Assembly: GCF_964355755.1 (NCBI RefSeq)
Contig: NC_092675.1
Coordinates: 13,077,812 to 13,141,811, forward strand
Length of the DNA: 64,000 nucleotides
DNA from: Antedon mediterranea
Lineage: Eukaryota; Animalia; Echinodermata
Direction: 5' to 3'
The notes below the pieces were generated by a model. That model was given only the letters and a program-made list of their open reading frames with translations, ran no database searches and was not told the origin of the DNA. The number at the start of each line of letters is the position of its first letter. Positions within the stretch are counted from its first letter, which is position 1. Of this stretch, positions 54,701 through 64,000 are shown in pieces. The translations under genes and the position numbers were made by a program.

Positions 54701-57700
54701 TGCTTAGAATAGCTTCAAATCGTATTTGGAGACGTTTTAGACCATTTTGAGATTTTCGAAAAAACTTGGTTACACAAAAACATCAAAGTGCTTAAAATCA
54801 CATTATAAACCGTTTTAGACCATTTTGAGCATTTCGGTAACACTTTTCACACAAAAACATCAAAGAGCACAAAATAGCTTAATATCGTATTTAAAAACGT
54901 TTTAGACCATTTTGAGCCTTTAGACAAAACTTTTTCACACAAAACACCAAAGTGCTTAGAATAGCTTCAAATCGCATTTGGAGACGTTTTAGACCATTTT
55001 GTGCATTTCGATGAAACTTGGTTACACAAAAACATCAAAGTGCTTAAAATCACATTATAAATCGTTTTAGACCATTTTGAGCATTTCGACAAAACTTTTT
55101 CACACAAAATACCAAAGTGCTTAGAATAGCTTCAAATCGCATTTGGAGACGTTTTAGACCATTTTGTGATTTTCGAAAAAACTTTTTAACATAAAAACAC
55201 CAAAGTGCTTAGAATAGCTTCAAATCACATTTGGAGACGTTTTAGACCATAAGTGCTTAGAATCACATTATAAACCGTTTTAGACCATTTTGAGCATTTC
55301 GATAACAATTTTCACACAAAAACATCAAAGAGCACAAAATAGCTTAATATCGTATTTAAAAATGTTTTAGACCATTTTGAGCATTTAGATAAAACTTTTT
55401 CACACAAAACACCAAAGTGCTTAGAATAGCTTCAAATCGCATTTGGAGACGTTTTAGACCATTTTGTGATTTTTGAAAAAACTTGTTAACATAAAAACAC
55501 CAAAGTGCTTAGAATAGCTTCAAATCACATTTGGAGACGTTTTAGACCATTTTGTGATTTTCGAAAAAACTTGTTAACATAAAAACACGAAAGTGCTTAG
55601 AATAGCTTCAAATCGCATTTGGAAACGTTTTAGACCATTTAGTGATTTTCGAAAAAACTTGTTAACATAAAAACACGAAAGTGCTTAGAATAGCTTCAAA
55701 TCGCATTTGGAAACGTTTTAGACCATTTTGTGATTTTCGAAAAAAATTGTTAACATAAAAACACCAAAGTGTTTAGAATAGCTTCAAATCGCATTTGGAG
55801 ACGTTTTAGACCAATTTGTGATTTTCGAAAAAACTTATCAACATAAAAACACCAAAGGGTTTAGAATAGCTTCAAATTGCATTTGGAGACGTTTTAGACC
55901 ATTTTGTGATTTTCGAAAAAACTTGTTAACATAAAAACACGAAAGTGCTTAGAATAGCTTCAAATCGCATTTGGAAACGTTTTAGACCATTTTGTGATTT
56001 TCGAAAAAACTTGTTAACATAAAAACATGAAAGTGCTTAGAATAGCTTCAAATCGTATTTGGAGACGTTTTAGACCATTTTGTGATTTTCGAAAAAAACT
56101 GTTAACATAAAAACACCAAAGTGCTTAGAATAGCTTCAAATCGCATTTGGAGATGTTTTAGAACATTTTGTGTTCTTCGAAAAAACCTGTTAACATAAAA
56201 ACACCAAAGTGCTTAGAATAGCTTCAAATCGCATTTGGAGACGTTTTAGACCATTTTGTGATTTTTGAAAAAACTTGTTAACATAAAAACACCAAAGTGC
56301 TTAGAATAGCTTCAAATCACATTTGGAGACGTTTTAGACCATTTTGTGATTTTCGAAAAAACTTGTTAACATAAAAACACGAAAGTGGTTAGAATAGCTT
56401 CAAATCGCATTTGGAAACGTTTTAGACCATTTTGTGATTTTCGAAAAAGATTGTTAACATAAAAACACTAAAGTGCTTAGAATCACAATATAAACCGTTT
56501 TAGACCATTTTGAGCATTTCGATAACAATTTTCACACAAAAACATCAAAGAGCACAAAATAGCTTAATATCGTATTTAAAAATGTTTTAGACCATTTTGA
56601 GCATTTAGATAAAACTTTTTCACACAAAACACCAAAGTGCTTAGAATAGCTTCAAATCGCATTTGGAGACGGTTTAGACCATTTTGTGATTTTGAAAAAA
56701 CTTGTTAACATAAAAACACCAAAGTGCTTAGAATAGCTTCAAATCGCATTTGGAGACGTTTTAGACCATTTTGTGATTTTCGAAAGAACTTGTTAACATA
56801 AAAACACCAAAGTGCTTAGAATAGCTTCAAATCGTATTTGGAGACGTTTTAGACCATTTTGAGATTTTCGAAAAAACTTGGTTACACAAAAACATCAAAG
56901 TGCTTAAAATCACATTATAAACCGTTTTAGACCATTTTGAACATTTCGATAACACTTTTCACACAAAAACATCAAAGAGCACAAAATAGCTTAATATCGT
57001 ATTTAAAAACGTTTTAGACCATTTTGAGCATTTCGACAAAACTTTTTCACACAAAACACCAAAGTGCTTAGAATAGCTTCAAATCGCATTTGGAGACGTT
57101 TTAGACCAATTTGTGCATTTCGATGAAACTTGATTACACAAAAACATCAACGTGCTTAAAATCACATTATAAACCGTTTTAGACCATTTTGAGCATTTCG
57201 ATAACACTTTTCACACAAAAACATCAAAGAGCACAAAATAGCTTAATATCGTATTTAAAAACGTTTTAGACCATTTTTTGAGCATTTAGACAAAACTTTT
57301 TCACACAAAACACCAAAGTGCTTAGAATAGCTTCAAATCGCATTTGGAGACGTTTTAGACCATTTTGTGATTTTCGAAAAAACTTATCAACATAAAAACA
57401 CCAAAGGGTTTAGAATAGCTTCAAATCGCATTTGGAGACGTTTTAGACCATTTTGTGATTTTTGAAAAAACTTGTTAACATAAAAACACCAAAGTGCTTA
57501 GAATAGCTTCAAATCACATTTGGAGACGTTTTAGACCATTTTGTGATTTTCGAAAAAACTTGTTAACATAAAAACACGAAAGTGCTTAGAATAGCTTCAA
57601 ATCGCATTTGGAAACGTTTTAGACCATTTTGTGATTTTCGAAAAAGATTGTTAACATAAAAACACCAAAGTGCTTAGAATCACAATATAAACCGTTTTAG

Positions 57701-57940
57701 ACCATTTTGAGCATTTCGATAACAATTTTCACACAAAAACATCAAAGAGCACAAAATAGCTTAATATCGTATTTAAAAATGTTTTAGACCATTTTGAGCA
57801 TTTAGATAAAATTTTTCACACAAAACACCAAAGTGCTTAGAATAGCTTCAAATCGCATTTGGAGACGGTTTAGACCATTTTGTGATTTTGAAAAAACTTG
57901 TTAACATAAAAACACCAAAGTGCTTAGAATAGCTTCAAAT
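48725..57940 (+). repeat. Tandem block duplication with 5107-bp period
   Basis: CCATAAG 50140/55247, TGGAGATGTTTTAGAAC 51041/56148, AAAATTTTTC 52701/57808, expanded A-run monomer 49294/54401. Confidence 0.88.
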
Positions 57941-60499
57941 CGCATTTGGAGACGTTTTAGACCATTTTGTGATTTTTGAAAAAACTTGTTAACATAAAAA
58001 CACCAAAGTGCTTAGAATAGCTTCAAATCGTATTTGGAGACGTTTTAGACCATTTTGAGATTTTCGAAAAAACTTGGTTACACAAAAACATCAAAGTGCT
58101 TAAAATCACATTATAAACCGTTTTAGACCATTTTGAACATTTCGATAACACTTTTCACACAAAAACATCAAAGAGCACAAAATAGCTTAATATCGTATTT
58201 AAAAACGTTTTAGACCATTTTGAGCATTTCGACAAAACTTTTTCACACAAAACACCAAAGTGCTTAGAATAGCTTCAAATCGCATTTGGAGACGTTTTAG
58301 ACCAATTTGTGCATTTCGATGAAACTTGATTACACAAAAACATCAACGTGCTTAAAATCACATTATAAACCGTTTTAGACCATTTTGAGCATTTCGATAA
58401 CACTTTTCACACAAAAACATCAAAGAGCACAAAATAGCTTAATATCGTATTTAAAAACGTTTTAGACCATTTTGAGCATTTAGACAAAACTTTTTCACAG
58501 AAAACACCAAAGTGCTTAGAATAGCTTCAAATCGCATTTGGAGACGTTTTAGACCATTTTGTGCATTTCGATGAAACTTGGTTACACAAAAACATCAAAG
58601 TGCTTAAAATCACATTATAAATCGTTTTAGACCATTTTGAGCATTTCGACAAAACTTTTTCACACAAAATACCAAAGGGCTTAGAATAGCTTCAAATCGC
58701 ATTTGGAGACGTTTTAGACCATTTTGTGATTTTCGAAAAAACTTTTTAACATAAAAAGACCAAAGTGCTTAGAATAGCTTCAAATCACATTTGGAGACGT
58801 TTTAGACCATTTTGTGATTTTCGAAAAAACTTGTTAACATAAAAACACGAAAGTGCTTAGAATAGCTTCAAATCGCATTTGGAAACGTTTTAGACCATTT
58901 TGTGATTTTCGAAAAAAATTGTTAACATAAAAACACCAAAGTGCTTAGAATCACATTATAAACCGTTTTATACCATTTTGAGCATTTCGATAACAATTTT
59001 CACACAAAAACATCAAAGAGCACAAAATAGCTTAATATCGTATTTAAAAATGTTTTAGACCATTTTGAGCATTTAGATAAAACTTTTTCACACAAAACAC
59101 CAAAGTGCTTAGAATAGCTTCAAATCGCATTTTGAGACGTTTTAGACCATTTTGTGATTTTTGAAAAAACTTGTTAACATAAAAACACCAAAGTGCTTAG
59201 AATAGCTTCAAATCACATTTGGAGACGTTTTAGACCATTTTGTGATTTTCGAAAAAACTTATCAACATAAAAACACCAAAGGGTTTAGAATAGCTTCAAA
59301 TCGCATTTGGAGACGTTTTAGACCATTTTGTGATTTTGAAAAAACTTGTTAACATAAAAACACCAAAGTGCTTAGAATAGCTTCAAATCGCATTTGGAGA
59401 CGTTTTAGACTATTTTGTGATTTTCGAAAAAACTTGTTAACATAAAAACACCAAAGTGCTTAGAATAGCTTCAAATCGTATTTGGAGACGTTTTAGACCA
59501 TTTTGAGATTTTCGAAAAAACTTGGTTACACAAAAACATCAAAGTGCTTAAAATCACATTATAAACCGTTTTAGACCATTTTGAGAATTTCGATAACACT
59601 TTTCACACAAAAACATCAAAGAGCACAAAATAGCTTAATATCGTATTTAAAAACGTTTTAGACCATTTTGAGCATTTCGACAAAACTTTTTCACACAAAA
59701 CACCAAAGTGCTTAGAATAGCTTCAAATCGCATTTGGAGACGTTTTAGACCAATTTGTGCATTTCGATGAAACTTGATTACACAAAAACATCAAAGTGCT
59801 TAAAATCACATTATAAACCGTTTTAGACCATTTTGAGCATTTCGATAACACTTTTCACACAAAAACATCAAAGAGCACAAAATAGCTTAATATCGTATTT
59901 AAAAACGTTTTAGACCATTTTGAGCATTTAGACAAAACTTTTTCACACAAAACACCAAAGTGCTTAGAATAGCTTCAAATCGCATTTGGAGACGTTTTAG
60001 ACCATTTTGTGCATTTCGATGAAACTTGGTTACACAAAAACATCAAAGTGCTTAAAATCACATTATAAATCGTTTTAGACCATTTTGAGCATTTCGACAA
60101 AACTTTTTCACACAAAATACCAAAGTGCTTAGAATAGCTTCAAATCGCATTTTGAGACGTTTTAGACCATTTTGTGATTTTCGAAAAAACTTTTTAACAT
60201 AAAAACACCAAAGTGCTTAGAATAGCTTCAAATCACATTTGGAGACATTTTAGACCAAAAGTGCTTAGAATCACATTATAAACCGTTTTAGACCATTTTG
60301 AGCATTTCGATAACAATTTTCACACAAAAACATCAAAGAGCACAAAATAGCTTAATATCGTATTTAAAAATGTTTTAGACCATTTTGAGCATTTAGATAA
60401 AACTTTTTCACACAAAACACCAAAGTGCTTAGAATAGCTTCAAATCGCATTTGGAGACGTTTTAGACCAATTTGTGATTTTTGAAAAAACTTGTTAACA

Positions 60500-63400
60500 T
60501 AAAAACACCAAAGTGCTTAGAATAGCTTCAAATCACATTTGGAGACGTTTTAGACCATTTTGTGATTTTGAACAAACTTGTTAACATAAAAACACCAAAG
60601 TGCTTAGAATAGCTTCAAATCGTATTTGGAGACGTTTTAGACCATTTTGAGATTTTCGAAAAAACTTGGTTACACAAAAACATCAAAGTGCTTAAAATCA
60701 CATTATAAACCGTTTTAGACCATTTTGAGCATTTCGATAACACTTTTCACACAAAAACATCAAAGAGCACAAAATAGCTTAATATCGTATTTAAAAACGT
60801 TTTAGACCATTTTGAGCATTTCGACAAAACTTTTTCACACAAAACACCAAAGTGCTTAGAATAGCTTCAAATCGCATTTGGAGACGTTTTAGACCAATTT
60901 GTGCATTTCGATGAAACTTGATTACACAAAAACATCAAAGTGCTTAAAATCACATTATAAACCGTTTTAGACCATTTTGAGCATTTCGATAACACTTTTC
61001 ACACAAAAACATCAAAGAGCACAAAATAGCTTAATATCGTATTTAAAAACGTTTTAGACCATTTTGAGCATTTAGACAAAACTTTTTCACACAAAACACC
61101 AAAGTGCTTAGAATAGCTTCAAATCGCATTTGGAGACGTTTTAGACCATTTTGTGATTTTCGAAAAAACTTTTTAACATAAAAACACCAAAGTGCTTAGA
61201 ATAGCTTCAAATCACATTTGGAGACATTTTAGACCATTTTGTGATTTTCGAAAAAACTTGTTAACATAAAAACACGAAGTGCTTAGAATAGCTTCAAATC
61301 GCATTTGGAAACGTTTTAGACCATTTTGTGATTTTCGAAAAAAATTGTTAACATAAAAACACCAAAGTGCTTAGAATCACATTATAAACCGTTTTAGACC
61401 ATTTTGAGCATTTCGATAACAATTTTCACACAAAAACATCAAAGAGCACAAAATAGCTTAATATCGTATTTAAAAATGTTTTAGACCATTTTGAGCATTT
61501 AGATAAAACTTTTTCACACAAAACACCAAAGTGCTTAGAATAGCTTCAAATCGCATTTGGAGACGTTTTAGACCATCTTGTGATTTTTGAAAAAACTTGT
61601 TAACATAAAAACACCAAAGTGCTTAGAATAGCTTCAAATCACATTTGGAGACGTTTTAGACCATTTTGTGATTTTCGAAAAAACTTGTTAACATAAAAAC
61701 ACGAAAGTGCTTAGAATAGCTTCAAATCGCTTTTGGAAACGTTTTAGACCATTTTGTGATTTTCGAAAAAACTTGTTAACATAAAAACACGAAAGTGCTT
61801 AGAATAGCTTCAAATCGCATTTGGAAACGTTTTAGACCATTTTGTGATTTTCGAAAAAACTTGTTAACATAAAAACACGAAAGTGCTTAGAATAGCTTCA
61901 AATCGCATTTGGAAACGTTTTAGACCATTTTGTGATTTTCGAAAAAAAATTGTTAACATAAAAACACCAAAGTGTTTAGAATAGCTTCAAATCGCATTTG
62001 GAGACGTTTTAGACAAATTTGTGATTTTCGAAAAAACTTATCAACATAAAAACACCAAAGGGTTTAGAATAGCTTCAAATCGCATTTGGAGACGTTTTAG
62101 ACCATTTTGTGATTTTGAAAAAACTTGTTAACATAAAAACACCAAAGTGCTTAGAATAGCTTCAAATCGCATTTGGAGACGTTTTAGACCATTTTGTGAT
62201 TTTCGAAAAAACTTGTTAACATAAAAACACCAAAGTGCTTAGAATAGCTTCAAATCGTATTTGGAGACGTTTTAGACCATTTTGAGATTTTCGAAAAAAC
62301 TTGGTTACACAAAAACATCAAAGTGCTTAAAATCACATTATAAACCGTTTTAGACCATTTTGAGCATTTCGGTAACACTTTTCACACAAAAACATCAAAG
62401 AGCACAAAATAGCTTAATATCGTATTTAAAAACGTTTTAGACCATTTTGAGCCTTTAGACAAAACTTTTTCACACAAAACACCAAAGTGCTTAGAATAGC
62501 TTCAAATCGCATTTGGAGACGTTTTAGACCATTTTGTGCATTTCGATGAAACTTGGTTACACAAAAACATCAAAGTGCTTAAAATCACATTATAAATCGT
62601 TTTAGACCATTTTGAGCATTTCGACAAAACTTTTTCACACAAAATACCAAAGTGCTTAGAATAGCTTCAAATCGCATTTGGAGACGTTTTAGACCATTTT
62701 GTGATTTTCGAAAAAACTTTTTAACATAAAAACACCAAAGTGCTTAGAATAGCTTCAAATCACATTTGGAGACGTTTTAGACCATAAGTGCTTAGAATCA
62801 CATTATAAACCGTTTTAGACCATTTTGAGCATTTCGATAACAATTTTCACACAAAAACATCAAAGAGCACAAAATAGCTTAATATCGTATTTAAAAATGT
62901 TTTAGACCATTTTGAGCATTTAGATAAAACTTTTTCACACAAAACACCAAAGTGCTTAGAATAGCTTCAAATCGCATTTGGAGACGTTTTAGACCATTTT
63001 GTGATTTTTGAAAAAACTTGTTAACATAAAAACACCAAAGTGCTTAGAATAGCTTCAAATCACATTTGGAGACGTTTTAGACCATTTTGTGATTTTCGAA
63101 AAAACTTGTTAACATAAAAACACGAAAGTGCTTAGAATAGCTTCAAATCGCATTTGGAAACGTTTTAGACCATTTAGTGATTTTCGAAAAAACTTGTTAA
63201 CATAAAAACACGAAAGTGCTTAGAATAGCTTCAAATCGCATTTGGAAACGTTTTAGACCATTTTGTGATTTTCGAAAAAAATTGTTAACATAAAAACACC
63301 AAAGTGTTTAGAATAGCTTCAAATCGCATTTGGAGACGTTTTAGACCAATTTGTGATTTTCGAAAAAACTTATCAACATAAAAACACCAAAGGGTTTAGA

Positions 63401-63615
63401 ATAGCTTCAAATCGCATTTGGAGACGTTTTAGACCATTTTGTGATTTTCGAAAAAACTTGTTAACATAAAAACACGAAAGTGCTTAGAATAGCTTCAAAT
63501 CGCATTTGGAAACGTTTTAGACCATTTTGTGATTTTCGAAAAAACTTGTTAACATAAAAACATGAAAGTGCTTAGAATAGCTTCAAATCGTATTTGGAGA
63601 CGTTTTAGACCATTT
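60500..63615 (+). repeat. Dispersed duplicate of ~52800-56080 (offset 7700, then 7535 after loss of 165 bp = 88+77)
   Basis: TGTGATTTTGAACAAAC 52861/60561, GAAGTGC with one A missing 53741/61276, CCATAAG 55247/62782. Confidence 0.85.
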
Positions 63616-64000
63616 TGAGATTTTCGAAAAAACTTGGTTACACAAAAACATCAAAGTGCTTAAAATCACATTATAAACCGTTTTAGACCATTTTGAACAT
63701 TTCGATAACACTTTTCACACAAAAACATCAAAGAGCACAAAATAGCTTAATATCGTATTTAAAAACGTTTTAGACCATTTTGAGCATTTCGACAAAACTT
63801 TTTCACACAAAACACCAAAGTGCTTAGAATAGCTTCAAATCGCATTTGGAGAAGTTTTAGACCAATTTGTGCATTTCGATGAAACTTGATTACACAAAAA
63901 CATCAACGTGCTTAAAATCACATTATAAACCGTTTTAGACCATTTTGAGCATTTCGATAACACTTTTCACACAAAAACATCAAAGAGCACAAAATAGCTT

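Larger units (their letters stand above)
1..64000 (+). repeat. Tandem satellite DNA array, basic monomer 88 bp with 77/87/78/48-bp variants; continues past both window ends
   Basis: The motif GTTTTAGACCATTTTG, or a close variant, recurs every ~77-89 bp from start to end in one orientation. Measured monomer starts: 1, 89, 177, 254, 341, 429, 518. No non-repeat sequence seen. Confidence 0.99.

Noticed and set aside
1-64000. Transposon insertions, strand inversions, telomeric repeats, rDNA spacer or tRNA-derived units
   Set aside because: None seen. The whole window reads as the same satellite in the same orientation, with no terminal repeats, target-site duplications or RNA-gene motifs.

Overview
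The whole 64 kb window is one uninterrupted, head-to-tail, single-orientation AT-rich satellite array (about 32% GC in the main monomer, roughly 750 monomers). The basic unit is 88 bp (TAGAATAGCTTCAAATCGCATTTGGAGACGTTTTAGACCATTTTGTGATTTTCGAAAAAACTTGTTAACATAAAAACACCAAAGTGCT). It occurs with diverged relatives: a second 88-bp type, a 77-bp type, an 87-bp type, and fixed deletion derivatives of 78, 81 and 48 bp. I see no genes, RNA genes, transposons, CRISPR array or inversions; the six ORFs are chance read-throughs of the repeat. The real structure is higher-order: an ordered 88/77/87 cassette, a 27-monomer (2269-bp) higher-order repeat, and a patchwork of nested tandem and dispersed near-identical block duplications (units or offsets of 506, 564, 749, 1421, 2269, 3163, 5107, 5470, 7535/7700, 8933/9497, 13750 and 18645 bp) traced by eye with private variants. 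This fits a recently homogenised eukaryotic (peri)centromeric or heterochromatic satellite. Species and centromere function cannot be assigned from the sequence alone, and I found no new gene-encoded system. Block boundaries are approximate and were read manually.
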